Of a stretch of 64,000 bases of DNA, positions 19,474-29,060 are shown in pieces. The DNA lies in contig CAYOHI010000003.1 of NCBI GenBank assembly GCA_964403725.1, forward strand, positions 14,374-78,373, read 5' to 3'. This DNA comes from an uncultured Candidatus Saccharibacteria bacterium (lineage in GTDB: Bacteria > Patescibacteriota > Minisyncoccia > Portnoybacterales > UBA2143). The notes under the pieces were generated by a model. The model was not told the origin of the DNA. It saw only the letters and a list, made by a program, of their open reading frames with translations, and did no database searches. Every line of letters begins with the position of its first letter. Position 1 is the stretch's first letter. Made by a program: the position numbers and the translations under genes.

Positions 19474-21324
19474 TTACTTCTCTTCTTTCTTTTCTTTCTT
19501 TACTTCCTCATATTCCCCTTCAACTGTCTCTTTCTTATCGTTTTTTCCCTTAATTTCAGGTTCTGATTGTTCAGCTTTTTCTTCTTCTACTTTTTGATAA
19601 AGCTGGGCGCCAATCTTCTGGATTACCTGAGATAATCCATCGATTGCTTTTTTAAGATCCTCAACATTGCTTTCATCTTTGAGTTTCTTAAGATTTTCCA
19701 ATTTCTCATCAACTTCCTTCCTATCTTCTTCCTTAACCTTATCACCTGCCTCTTTTAAGGCTTTTTCTGTTGAGAAAATTAGAGTATCAGCCTGGTTTCT
19801 GATTTCAATCAATTCTTTCTTCTTTCTATCCTCAGCTGCGTGCGATTCTGCTTCTTTTTTCATCTTTTCGATTTCTTCTTCAGACAAAGAAGATGAATCA
19901 GTAATGGTAATCTTCTGTTCTTTGCCGGTTCCTTTGTCCTTAGCGCTGACATTCATGATTCCGTTAGCGTCAATGTCAAAGGTAACCTCAATCTGAGGAA
20001 CTCCTCTTGGAGCTGGCGGAATGCCGTCTAGCATGAATCTACCCAAAGTCCTATTATCAGGAGCCATTGGCCTTTCGCCTTGCAGGACATGGATATCTAC
20101 AGCCGGCTGGTTATCAGCTGCTGTTGAGAAAACCTGGGATTTAGATGCAGGAATTGTAGTATTTCTTTCAATTAAAGGCGTCATTACCTGGCCCAAGGTT
20201 TCAATGCCCAGAGTCAATGGAGTAACGTCTAATAGGAGAACATCCTTGGTTTCTCCTGTCAGTATTCCGCCCTGAATTGCTGCTCCCATAGCTACTGATT
20301 CCATAGGATCAACTCCTCTTTCAATCTTCTTGCCAACGTAGTCTTCAACGAATTTTTGAACTACAGGCATTCTGGTCGGACCGCCAACCATAATGATCTT
20401 TGTAACATCATTAGGAGTCAGTTTGGCATCCTTTAGAGCCTGTTCTAAAGGGCTTTTGCACTTATCAACAACTGGTCTGACTAATTCTTCCAATTTAGCC
20501 CGTGTGATCTTCATGTTCAATTCCTTGTCTTGAGAGATGAAAGGAATGATAATATCTGTTTCAAGCGTGCTTGATAATTCGATCTTAGCCTTTTCAGCTG
20601 CATCCTTAATTCTTTCCATAGCTGTCTTATCTTCACTCAAATCAACATCATTTTGCTTTTTGAATTCTTCAACAACATATTTGACCAATATTTCATCCAT
20701 GTCCGTGCCACCCAATTGGGTGTCGCCTGAAGTTGATTTGACTTCAAAGACGCCTTCGCCAAAATCCATAACGGTGACATCCAGTGTTCCACCACCCAAG
20801 TCAAAGACCAGGATCTTTTCTTCTTGCCCTGCCTTGTCAACGCCGTAAGCCAGAGATGCTGCAGTTGGCTCATTGATGATACGATCAACTTCAAGCCCGG
20901 CAATCTTACCGGCATCTTTGGTAGCTTGCCTTTGTGAGTCATTAAAATATGCCGGTACGGTAATGACAGCTTTGCTAACTGCCTCGCCTAAGAAAGCTTC
21001 GGCATCCTTCTTGATCTTCTGCAGGACATACGCCGATAACTGTTCTGGCGTGTATTCCTTGCCGTTCAGCTTAATCTTATCCTTTGTTCCCATTTTGCGC
21101 TTGAAAGTGGAAACCGTGTTTTCCGGGTTGGTCACAGCCTGCCTTCTGGCTGGCTCGCCCACTAGTAAATTGCCATCTTTGTCAAAAGCGACATATGATG
21201 GGAACGCCTTTCCTCCGCCAACGACTGTTCCTTCAGCTGAAGGAATCATAGTTGGTTTTCCGGCCTCAACTACAGCCGCCGCTGAATTTGAGGTACCTAA
21301 ATCAATACCTATAATTTTACTCAT
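19474..21324 (-). CDS. dnaK: chaperone DnaK (Hsp70)
   Basis: [22 protein letters not shown] and VGGPTRMP ATPase signatures. A full substrate-binding domain and a charged C-tail are present. Confidence 0.97.
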   Translation of the reverse strand: MSKIIGIDLGTSNSAAAVVEAGKPTMIPSAEGTVVGGGKAFPSYVAFDKDGNLLVGEPARRQAVTNPENTVSTFKRKMGTKDKIKLNGKEYTPEQLSAYVLQKIKKDAEAFLGEAVSKAVITVPAYFNDSQRQATKDAGKIAGLEVDRIINEPTAASLAYGVDKAGQEEKILVFDLGGGTLDVTVMDFGEGVFEVKSTSGDTQLGGTDMDEILVKYVVEEFKKQNDVDLSEDKTAMERIKDAAEKAKIELSSTLETDIIIPFISQDKELNMKITRAKLEELVRPVVDKCKSPLEQALKDAKLTPNDVTKIIMVGGPTRMPVVQKFVEDYVGKKIERGVDPMESVAMGAAIQGGILTGETKDVLLLDVTPLTLGIETLGQVMTPLIERNTTIPASKSQVFSTAADNQPAVDIHVLQGERPMAPDNRTLGRFMLDGIPPAPRGVPQIEVTFDIDANGIMNVSAKDKGTGKEQKITITDSSSLSEEEIEKMKKEAESHAAEDRKKKELIEIRNQADTLIFSTEKALKEAGDKVKEEDRKEVDEKLENLKKLKDESNVEDLKKAIDGLSQVIQKIGAQLYQKVEEEKAEQSEPEIKGKNDKKETVEGEYEEVKKEKKEEK

Positions 21325-21338
21325 AATTTTAATTTCCT

Positions 21339-21773
21339 TTATTTTATCTTAATGGGAATTTCTTTCCCTTTGGAAGCCTTGGCTACTTTTGGAATCGTCA
21401 CTTTCAAAACTCCGTTAACGCTTTCAGCCTTGGCTTTGCTGTCCTTGACCTGAACAGGCAGCTTGAGAGACCTCTTAAAGGATCCTCTCTTAATTTCTTT
21501 TCTCAGATAATCCTGTTCTTTGAGTTGCTTCTTTTCTTCAATCTTTCCTTCAATGGTTAAGATATTGTCTTCAATAGAAACTTTAACATCTTTGGGCTTG
21601 ATATTATTCAAAGATATCTCTATGTACAGGTTGCTTTTATCCTGGTAAATATCCAAAGCTGGTTCCTCAGCTCTGAAATGTGGGATAAAAGGAGCCCAGT
21701 CATCCTGACCTGGCATTTCAGGAAGCTGGAATGGGTTTCCTGAATCCCCAAATGGTTTCCATTTTATAGGCAT
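21339..21773 (-). CDS. Hsp20/alpha-crystallin small heat-shock protein
   Basis: The alpha-crystallin domain is recognisable: [38 protein letters not shown]...[10 protein letters not shown]...GVLKVTIPK. It sits between grpE and dnaK. Confidence 0.8.
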   Translation of the reverse strand: MPIKWKPFGDSGNPFQLPEMPGQDDWAPFIPHFRAEEPALDIYQDKSNLYIEISLNNIKPKDVKVSIEDNILTIEGKIEEKKQLKEQDYLRKEIKRGSFKRSLKLPVQVKDSKAKAESVNGVLKVTIPKVAKASKGKEIPIKIK

Positions 21774-21786
21774 AGTTTTATTTTAT

Positions 21787-22272
21787 TTATTTACTTACTT
21801 TGACCTTGCTCGGTCTTAAAACTAAATTATTTAACAAATATCCTTTTTGGACTTCCTCAACGACAGTTCCTGATTTTTCTTTTGACTTGATCTGATCTAC
21901 GGCTTCATGGAATTCTGGATTAAATTCTTCACCTACTGACTTAATCTCTTTTAAGTCATACTTATCCAAAACATTTTTCATCTGTTCCTTTATCTGGCCG
22001 ATTCCTTCATTGTCTTTAGACCCCATTTCAAGACTGTCTAAGACCGGCAGTATCTCTTTTAATACGTTAGCCTGGCCGAAAGTTTTCAATTCTTCCAAGG
22101 CTTTTTCCTGTCTCTGGCGGTAATTAATTAAATCAGCCCGGGCACGCTGGGCCTGGGTCAAGTATTCCTCCTTTTCTTTTTGGCATTGCTTAAGCTTCTC
22201 TTTTAAGCCCTTTTTTTTCTTTTCATCCATACCTTCTTCAGAGATATATGTGATCTTTTTCTTCTTAATCAT
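21787..22272 (-). CDS. grpE: nucleotide exchange factor GrpE
   Basis: RARADLINYRQR, VLDSLE, FNPEFHEAV and QKGYLLNNLVLRPSKV match conserved GrpE blocks. Confidence 0.9.
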   Translation of the reverse strand: MIKKKKITYISEEGMDEKKKKGLKEKLKQCQKEKEEYLTQAQRARADLINYRQRQEKALEELKTFGQANVLKEILPVLDSLEMGSKDNEGIGQIKEQMKNVLDKYDLKEIKSVGEEFNPEFHEAVDQIKSKEKSGTVVEEVQKGYLLNNLVLRPSKVKVSK

Positions 22273-22281
22273 TCTTGTATC

Positions 22282-22309
22282 ATTGTATCACTTTTTTTAA
22301 AGTTGTCAA
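22282..22309 (-). promoter_or_regulatory. sigma70-like promoter of grpE-hsp20-dnaK (near-leaderless)
   Basis: On the minus strand: TTGACA, a 16-nt spacer, then TACAAT. Only about 9 nt separate it from the grpE ATG. No SD was found, and no CIRCE-like inverted repeat. Confidence 0.4.
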
Positions 22310-22323
22310 ATTTAATTAGCATA

Positions 22324-23274
22324 TTAATTATCTAAAATAACTTCTGCCTTTATTTCTAAAATACATATTTCTGAAGGGAAAATAAGCCCTTCTCCAGAGT
22401 TTTCAATACAGCGATCCTGGATAGAGATAATATCATAAAGAGAAATTTTCACCTGATTATTAAACTGTTCATAATTGCTTGGAAATACCATAATTTCAGT
22501 ATTTTTATTTCTTTCAATATCTCCAATCTTCGAAAAATTCTCGTCATTAATATACCCAATGACATATACTTCTTGATTGGATATCTTCTGTATTTCAAAC
22601 ATATAACTCCAAGCAAAAAAGTTTCTTTGACTACCATCAAATTTTAATCTTTCAATTCTTTCATCATTAACTGCACGTGATATATTACTATAACCGACAT
22701 AACCATATATTTCATCTGGCAATAAATTCAAAGATTCCTGAACTTCTAAAGATCTCACTAATCTTAAGTTATTATTTACAATCTCTGGTTTATCTGGTAC
22801 TCCTCCGTTATTTAAGGAATAAAAATAATAACCTATAGCAAAGCTAATTACTCCAGAGATGATTATCCCCAAAAAAGCTATAATCCACGGATTTTTCAGA
22901 AAATCAACTAGTTTACTAGTTCCTCTAAATAAATTCTTGGGTACATCTATTTTTTCATTTTCATCATAGACCTTAGTATATTTTTTACCATTATATCTCA
23001 CTTCAATAAACAATTTTTTTCTAACACGTTTAAACTCATCTGGAAATATATTATTGTAAATACCATCATAAAACAAAGTATTTCCGCTTATATTCTCAGA
23101 TAATTCCCTAGTTACATCTGTACCTTTGTTATCTAAATAACCTATTTTAGGATCATAATAAAAAGCTCTTACAAGCCTTAGACCTTTGGCAAATATAACA
23201 TATGATATTAACCAAATAATTAAAGCAGAACCTATTTCAACTACCCAAGAATTCATCATTATTTCTTTAAACAT
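22324..23274 (-). CDS. hypothetical membrane protein (2 TM)
   Basis: Two hydrophobic segments at about 10-30 and 135-155. No motif recognised. Confidence 0.4.
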   Translation of the reverse strand: MFKEIMMNSWVVEIGSALIIWLISYVIFAKGLRLVRAFYYDPKIGYLDNKGTDVTRELSENISGNTLFYDGIYNNIFPDEFKRVRKKLFIEVRYNGKKYTKVYDENEKIDVPKNLFRGTSKLVDFLKNPWIIAFLGIIISGVISFAIGYYFYSLNNGGVPDKPEIVNNNLRLVRSLEVQESLNLLPDEIYGYVGYSNISRAVNDERIERLKFDGSQRNFFAWSYMFEIQKISNQEVYVIGYINDENFSKIGDIERNKNTEIMVFPSNYEQFNNQVKISLYDIISIQDRCIENSGEGLIFPSEICILEIKAEVILDN

Positions 23275-23396
23275 ACTCTGATAATACCCCTTAAGTCAAT
23301 TTTAGTCAACGCTTAAAAACACCATTCTTAGCCCAAAACATTCCACTTGGTTAAAATATATGATAGAATAAATAAAAATATATGGAGGGTAAACTT

Positions 23397-24311
23397 ATGA
23401 AAAAAATGTCACATAATGATGTCACTTGGATTGACATCCAAAAACCAACCCAAAGCGATTTAGATAAATTAAAGAATGAATTTAAACTAAATCCCTTTAT
23501 TGAAGAGCAATTCTTGCCGCCTATTCACAGGCCTAAGATTGAAGAGTTCCCAGGCCAGCTGTTCATGGCCTTGCATTTCCCTGTTTACAAGAAAAATAGC
23601 AAAGATACAAGGAACGTTGAATTAGATCTAATTGTCCTAGAAAATACCTTGATTACAAGCCATGCCGGCTCTATCCCTGAATTGCAAAACTTCATTAAAG
23701 AATGCGAAGAAAAAGGATACCAACAAAGTCAATATTTCAAAAGCACAGGAACTTTGCTTTTTGAGCTTCTTGATCATTTAATTGACGAATGCCTGCCAAT
23801 GCTGGACCACATTGGAGAAAAGATTGAGAAGATTGAAAACAATGTCTTTAAAGGAAAAGAAAAAGAAATGGTTATGGAAATAGCTATGGTTAAAAAAGAC
23901 TTGATTGATTTTAGAAGAGCAATCAAGCCCCAACGTTCAGTTCTGGATATGCTAAACAGCAAATCAACCAGGCTATTTGATCCATCCATCAAGCCAATGG
24001 CCCAGGAAGTGGTCGGTTCGATTATCCGCGTCTGGAACGTTTTGGAAAACAACAGAGAACTGATCGGATCGATTGAAAGGACTAATAATTCGCTATTATC
24101 GCATAAGTTGAGCGATATTATGAAATTCCTGACTGTCGTGTCATTCATTACTTTCCCCCTTTCCGTCATTGTCGGATTCTTCGGAATGAACATATATACA
24201 GATGTGCCTTTTGTCAAAGAAAACCCTTTTGCCTGGCTATACATCCTTGGCTTGATGTTCGTTACCACAACAATTATGGTTGCTTACTTTAGAAAGAAAA
24301 AATGGCTTTAA
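23397..24311 (+). CDS. corA: CorA-family Mg2+/Co2+ transporter
   Basis: C-terminal VVGFFGMNIYTDVPF motif (GMN) and two C-terminal TM helices. The start was set at the ATG after SD GGAGGG. The ORF track's start at 23382 includes the SD. Confidence 0.8.
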   Translation: MKKMSHNDVTWIDIQKPTQSDLDKLKNEFKLNPFIEEQFLPPIHRPKIEEFPGQLFMALHFPVYKKNSKDTRNVELDLIVLENTLITSHAGSIPELQNFIKECEEKGYQQSQYFKSTGTLLFELLDHLIDECLPMLDHIGEKIEKIENNVFKGKEKEMVMEIAMVKKDLIDFRRAIKPQRSVLDMLNSKSTRLFDPSIKPMAQEVVGSIIRVWNVLENNRELIGSIERTNNSLLSHKLSDIMKFLTVVSFITFPLSVIVGFFGMNIYTDVPFVKENPFAWLYILGLMFVTTTIMVAYFRKKKWL

Positions 24312-25657
24312 AGATATATAATACTCTTACTCGAAAAAAGGAGGAATTCAAGCCTATCAATGGTAAGAAAGTAGGAATGTATGTCTGTGGCCCGACGGTC
24401 TACGATTCTGGCCATTTGGGACACGCCAAGACATACATCGTTTTTGATATCATTAGGAAATATCTGGAAGAATCAGGCTATGATGTAAAGTTCATTTCAA
24501 ATATCACTGATGTCCATGACAGCATCATCAATAGAGCTAAAAAAGAAAAAGCCACCGTTAAAGAAATCTCTGATAAATATACTGAGGAATTCTTAAAAGA
24601 AATTGATGAGTTGAAAATTAAAAGAGCCAGTGATTATCCAAGGGTTTCAGAATACGTTCCTCAAATCATTGAATTCATTAAGATCCTGGTTGATAAAGGT
24701 TATGCCTATGAAAAAGACGGCTCAGTATATTTCAGCGTTTCTAAGTTCAAGGAATACGGCAAGCTGTCCAGAAGAAAACTAGAGCAAGCCAAATCAGGCA
24801 CGCGCGTTGACCTGGATAAGCATGAAAAAGATGAAGCTGCTGATTTCGCTCTATGGAAAAAGACAGAAGATAGCGACAAAGGAGTCGAATCCAGCTGGGA
24901 TAGCCCCTGGGGACAAGGAAGACCAGGCTGGCATATCGAATGTTCAGTCATGTCCAAAGAGCTGTTAGGCGAGCAGTTCGATATCCATGCCGGCGCCAAT
25001 GATCTGACCTTCCCTCATCATGAAAATGAAGTTGCTCAAAGCGAAGCTGCTTCAGGCAAAAGCCCGTTTGTGAAATATTGGATGCATTCTGGACTTTTGA
25101 CTGTTGATGGGCAAAAGATGTCCAAATCACTTGGCAATTTCATTACCATTCCAGAAATTAAGGCTAAGGGATTCAATTTCTTAGCTCTAAGATATCTTTT
25201 CTTACAGGCCCATTACCGATCTCCCCAAAACTTCACCTGGGAACTGCTTGAAGCAGCCCAGAAGGGATACTTTAATCTTAAAAAACAAATTACAGAATTA
25301 GGAGATGAGATTGGAGATATCAATGAAGACTTAAAAAAAGAATTTAATGATAGAATGTCTGACGATTTCAACACTCCTCAGGCTCTGGTTATTCTCCAGA
25401 AAATACTGAAATCTGATTTAAAGAATGAAGATAAATTAGCCACTATCCTGTATTTTGATAAGATCTTAGGACTTGATTTAAAAGAGAAAGATAAGGTTGA
25501 AATCCCAGACAATATTCAAAAACTAACAGAAGAAAGAGAACAAGCAAGAAATGATAAGGATTTTAAAAAAGCAGACAAGCTAAGAAAAGAGATTGAAGAT
25601 AAGGGTTACCAAATAGAAGACACCGACAAAGGACCGAAAGTATCCCCAAAATACTAA
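24302..25657 (+). CDS. cysS: cysteinyl-tRNA synthetase
   Basis: YVCGPTVYDSGHLGHAKT (HIGH-type) and KMSKSLGNF (KMSKS) motifs. The zinc-binding Cys is present. Confidence 0.95.
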   Translation: MALKIYNTLTRKKEEFKPINGKKVGMYVCGPTVYDSGHLGHAKTYIVFDIIRKYLEESGYDVKFISNITDVHDSIINRAKKEKATVKEISDKYTEEFLKEIDELKIKRASDYPRVSEYVPQIIEFIKILVDKGYAYEKDGSVYFSVSKFKEYGKLSRRKLEQAKSGTRVDLDKHEKDEAADFALWKKTEDSDKGVESSWDSPWGQGRPGWHIECSVMSKELLGEQFDIHAGANDLTFPHHENEVAQSEAASGKSPFVKYWMHSGLLTVDGQKMSKSLGNFITIPEIKAKGFNFLALRYLFLQAHYRSPQNFTWELLEAAQKGYFNLKKQITELGDEIGDINEDLKKEFNDRMSDDFNTPQALVILQKILKSDLKNEDKLATILYFDKILGLDLKEKDKVEIPDNIQKLTEEREQARNDKDFKKADKLRKEIEDKGYQIEDTDKGPKVSPKY

Positions 25658-25729
25658 CAAGTTTTACCTTGCATTGATAAGGTGATATAATTTAGAATAT
25701 ATGGAGGAGGACCTCCATATTTTAATTCT

Positions 25730-27085
25730 ATGGCACAAAAAAAAGAAAAAGGAATACTTCCCCCTCAAAACATTGAAGCAGAACAATCTATTTTAGGCTC
25801 TTTAATGCTGGATAAAGAAGCTATTATTAGAATAGCTGATTCAATCCAGCCAGAAGATTTCTATAAAACGATCCATGGCAATATCTATCAAGCTATGCTT
25901 GATCTCTATGAAAAGAATGAGCCGATTGACCTACTGAGCTTAACTAACTGCTTAGAACAAAGAAAACAACTAGAAGAAGTTGGCGGCAATACATACTTGA
26001 CCAGTCTGGTTAATTCTGTTCCCACTGCTTCTCATGTCGGCCATTACGCTAAGATTGTCAAAAACAAAAAAGTCCTTCGTGATCTGATCGACAACTCAGC
26101 CCAAATCAGCCAATTAAGCTTTCAAGAACCAGAGGATATCGAAGAACTGGTTGACCAGGCTGAACAAAGAATATTCAGCATTTCTCAAAAATCAGTTGGC
26201 CAGAAATTCCATCATATCAAAGACAGCCTGGGAGGCGCTTTTGAAAGAATTGATAAATTACACAGAGGTGATGAAGTCATTCGTGGAGTTCCTACTGGAT
26301 TCATGGATTTAGACAATCATTTAGCCGGTTTCCAAAAAGCAGATATGATTGTTTTGGCAGCTAGACCTAGTTTGGGAAAAACTTCTCTAGCTTTAGACTT
26401 TGCCCGCCATGTTGTCACTAAAGAGAAAAAACCAGTAGCTATTTTTAGCATTGAAATGTCAAAAGAACAGTTAGTTGACAGATTGATTTGCTCTCAGGCC
26501 GGAGTTGATTCCTGGCGCATGAGAACAGGAAGACTATCTGGAGAGGGCCCGGATAATGACTTCCAGAAAATTCAACAGGCTTTAGACGAATTATCAAGCG
26601 CTCCTCTATACATTGACGACACGCCGTCTCCGACTGTCATGCAAATGAGGACCATGGCCAGGCGCCTTCAGTCAAAGAATGAATTAGGATTGATCGTTAT
26701 TGATTATCTGCAGATGATTCAGCCAAGAAGCGGCTTTGACTCGCCTGTCCAGCAAATGACTGAAATTTCCCGCAGCCTGAAAGCCTTAGCCCGTGAATTA
26801 GATGTTCCTGTCTTAGCCTTATCTCAGCTTAACAGGTCTGTTGAAAACAGATCCCCTGCTATTCCTAAATTATCTGATCTAAGGGAATCAGGCGCTATCG
26901 AACAGGACGCTGATGTAGTCCTATTCATTTATAGGGAGGATAAGGACAAGCCTAATCCTGAAAGAAGAAATATTGCTGAAATCCAGATAGCTAAGCATAG
27001 GAATGGTCCTACTGGGAAAATTGAACTGTTTTTCAATGAAAGCCAAATTAGCTTTAAGAACTTAGAAAGACATCTAGGAGAATAG
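25730..27085 (+). CDS. dnaB: replicative DNA helicase DnaB
   Basis: N-terminal primase-interaction domain. Walker A ARPSLGKTSLAL, plus H2/H3/H4 motifs (IVIDYLQM, ALSQLNR, IAKHRNGPTG). Confidence 0.95.
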   Translation: MAQKKEKGILPPQNIEAEQSILGSLMLDKEAIIRIADSIQPEDFYKTIHGNIYQAMLDLYEKNEPIDLLSLTNCLEQRKQLEEVGGNTYLTSLVNSVPTASHVGHYAKIVKNKKVLRDLIDNSAQISQLSFQEPEDIEELVDQAEQRIFSISQKSVGQKFHHIKDSLGGAFERIDKLHRGDEVIRGVPTGFMDLDNHLAGFQKADMIVLAARPSLGKTSLALDFARHVVTKEKKPVAIFSIEMSKEQLVDRLICSQAGVDSWRMRTGRLSGEGPDNDFQKIQQALDELSSAPLYIDDTPSPTVMQMRTMARRLQSKNELGLIVIDYLQMIQPRSGFDSPVQQMTEISRSLKALARELDVPVLALSQLNRSVENRSPAIPKLSDLRESGAIEQDADVVLFIYREDKDKPNPERRNIAEIQIAKHRNGPTGKIELFFNESQISFKNLERHLGE

Positions 27086-27095
27086 TTATTAACAC

Positions 27096-27124
27096 TTGAC
27101 AATATTATCGCACCACGTTAGTAT
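27096..27124 (+). promoter_or_regulatory. sigma70-like promoter of higBA (leaderless)
   Basis: TTGACA (27096-27101), a 17-nt spacer, then TAGTAT (27119-27124). The higB ATG follows 5 nt later, so the transcript would be leaderless. The overlapping ATATTAT/ATTATAT repeats could be the HigA operator. Confidence 0.45.
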
Positions 27125-27129
27125 TATAT

Positions 27130-27411
27130 ATGATAAAGAATTTTAAATGTAAAGAAACTAAAAAAATATTTAGTAGAGAATATTCCCGTAAATTTCCTCA
27201 TTTAATTCAAAGAATAGCTTTAAGAAAACTTTTAATGTTAGATGCTGCCTTAAAATTACAAGATCTTCGGATGCCGCCGTCTAATCATTTAGAAAAATTA
27301 AGCGGGAAAAGAAAAAGACAATATAGTATTCGCGTTAATAAGAAATGGAGAATATGCTTTCTTTGGCATCAAGGAAATGCTTTTGATGTTGAAATAGTTG
27401 ACTACCATTAA
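27130..27411 (+). CDS. higB: HigB toxin (RelE/ParE superfamily, 'plasmid maintenance system killer')
   Basis: C-terminal block KLSGKRKRQYSIRVNKKWRICFLWHQGNAFDVEIVDYH is the characteristic HigB signature (…QYSIRIN..WR.CF.W..G.A..VEIVDYH). Confidence 0.85.
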   Translation: MIKNFKCKETKKIFSREYSRKFPHLIQRIALRKLLMLDAALKLQDLRMPPSNHLEKLSGKRKRQYSIRVNKKWRICFLWHQGNAFDVEIVDYH

Positions 27412-27415
27412 AAAT

Positions 27416-27718
27416 ATGTCTAAGAAAATAAAAATAATACACCCTGGTGAAATTCTTAAAGAAGAATTCTTAAAGCCATTAAACATCACCGAATATCGAC
27501 TTTCTAAAGATATTGCCGTTTCCCCACGTAGAATAAATGAAATCACGCATGGAACAAGAGCAATTACTGCAAACACTGCCCTTCGTTTGGGTAAGTATTT
27601 TAGCGTTTCTCCACAATTCTGGTTAAATCTACAATCGCACTATGAATTAGAAATTCAGGCCGAACAATTGAATGATATTTTAGAAAACCAAGTGAAAACA
27701 TTGAATTACACGATGTAA
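27416..27718 (+). CDS. higA: HigA antitoxin (XRE-family HTH)
   Basis: MSKKIKIIHPGEILKEEFLKPLNITEYRLSKDIAVSPRRINEI is the canonical HigA N-terminus plus HTH. It begins 4 nt after the higB stop. An upstream ATG at 27398 overlaps higB and is less likely. Confidence 0.8.
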   Translation: MSKKIKIIHPGEILKEEFLKPLNITEYRLSKDIAVSPRRINEITHGTRAITANTALRLGKYFSVSPQFWLNLQSHYELEIQAEQLNDILENQVKTLNYTM

Positions 27719-27721
27719 TAT

Positions 27722-28309
27722 ATGTTTCCTCAATCAATCCAAGATTTAATTGATCAATTATCTAAATTACCAGATATTGGACCCCGGGCTGCTACCCGGC
27801 TGGTTTTTCATTTAATAAATCAAAATCAAGATGAATTAAATAACTTATCTGGTTCAATAAAGGAATTAAAATCAAAAATTAAACTATGTCCTAATTGTTT
27901 TAATTTAACTAATGACAATTTCTGCACTATTTGCTCAGATCAGAAAAGAGACAAAAGCACAATTTGTGTAGTTGAAACAATTTTAAATGTTCCAGTTATT
28001 GAAAAAACCAAACAATACGGTGGAGTTTACCATATCCTAGGCGGATTGATTTCTCCTGGTAACAATACTGGACCTAATAACTTAAGGATTCAGGAATTAG
28101 TTAATAGAGTTAAGAATAATTCTATTAAAGAGATTATATTCGCCCTATCTCCTACCACTGAAGGAGATACGACAACCTTATACATCGAAAAACTACTACA
28201 ACCTTTTAAAATTAAAACGAGCCGACTAGCACGTGGCTTAAGCGTCGGCTCGGATTTAGAATACGTTGATGAAAATACCCTTAGAAAAGCTCTAGAAGAT
28301 CGGCTTTAG
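27722..28309 (+). CDS. recR: recombination protein RecR
   Basis: N-terminal helix-hairpin-helix. C4 zinc finger CPNCFNLTNDNFCTIC. Toprim domain present. Confidence 0.9.
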   Translation: MFPQSIQDLIDQLSKLPDIGPRAATRLVFHLINQNQDELNNLSGSIKELKSKIKLCPNCFNLTNDNFCTICSDQKRDKSTICVVETILNVPVIEKTKQYGGVYHILGGLISPGNNTGPNNLRIQELVNRVKNNSIKEIIFALSPTTEGDTTTLYIEKLLQPFKIKTSRLARGLSVGSDLEYVDENTLRKALEDRL

Positions 28310-28571
28310 GTTTAGGTGCTTTAGGAATCGGTGCTTCAGAGACTCTTCCATAATGCTTATGAAGTAGATGAGTAACGCCGTAAAACACGGTCATTATGGC
28401 ATGGTAGTCGCAATGATCAGGTAATCCTGCTGCTATTGACGAACATCTCCATGCTAGTTTATCTAATTCTTTCCTAACATTGTGACCAGTTTTACGAAGA
28501 CGAGAGAGTTTACTAAACTCTCCGTTCAACTCATTTAATGACTTCTGGATTACTTCTCGAATTTCGTCCAT
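28281..28571 (-). CDS. hypothetical His/Cys-containing protein, G+C-rich
   Basis: SD AAAGGAGGGG directly precedes the ATG at 28569-28571. The ORF track's earlier ATG is part of the SD. It overlaps the recR 3' end convergently by 29 nt. No family recognised. Confidence 0.45.
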   Translation of the reverse strand: MDEIREVIQKSLNELNGEFSKLSRLRKTGHNVRKELDKLAWRCSSIAAGLPDHCDYHAIMTVFYGVTHLLHKHYGRVSEAPIPKAPKPKADLLELF

Positions 28572-28732
28572 GACCCCTCCTTTCATGAACGGATTCAGAA
28601 GGACTTCAACGGAATTGAGATCAGATTCAACTATTTCCTACAGGAACTCAACAACTACAGAAATGAATAATATTTATCCGGTTATCGTTTACCTACTGCC
28701 CTAGTCAAAAGTCTTTCATCCCTCCTTCCTTA

Positions 28733-29038
28733 TTATATTTTTAAAATTTCCACCTCCGTGAAGGGCTGCCTGTGCCCTTTTTTTACTTTATATCTTTTTT
28801 TAGCCTTGTATTTCAAAATAGTAACTTTCTTGTCCCTGTCCTGGGTCAGAACCTTAGCTTCAACTTTAGCGCCTTTGACAAAAGGAGTTCCGATCTTAGC
28901 ATCTTTTCCGTCAACTAAAAGAAGAACCTCTTTAAAGGTTATTTTCTTTCCTTCTTCTGCGTCCAGTTTCTCTACTTTAATTTTATCACCGGGGGAAACC
29001 AAATATTGCTTTCCGCCTGTTTTTATTACTGCAAACAT
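28733..29038 (-). CDS. rplU: 50S ribosomal protein L21
   Basis: MFAVIKTGGKQYLVSPGDKIKVEKL is the conserved bL21 N-terminus. Confidence 0.9.
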   Translation of the reverse strand: MFAVIKTGGKQYLVSPGDKIKVEKLDAEEGKKITFKEVLLLVDGKDAKIGTPFVKGAKVEAKVLTQDRDKKVTILKYKAKKRYKVKKGHRQPFTEVEILKI

Positions 29039-29060
29039 ATGTTTAAATATATCTTATTAA

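Noticed and set aside
19667-21352. Plus-strand ORFs antisense to dnaK (19667-19996, 20021-20275, 20537-20848, 20873-21352) and a minus-strand out-of-frame ORF at 20637-20942
   Set aside because: dnaK is unambiguous. The shadow ORFs translate to Ser/Leu-rich low-complexity sequences.
22273-22323. Search for a CIRCE/HrcA operator upstream of grpE
   Set aside because: No 9-bp inverted repeat resembling TTAGCACTC-N9-GAGTGCTAA is present. Only a sigma70-type promoter was seen.
28756-28790. Plus-strand hairpin (AGGGC…GCCCT) followed by TTTTTTT
   Set aside because: It lies inside the rplU coding sequence on the antisense strand, with no plus-strand gene upstream. It is probably fortuitous.
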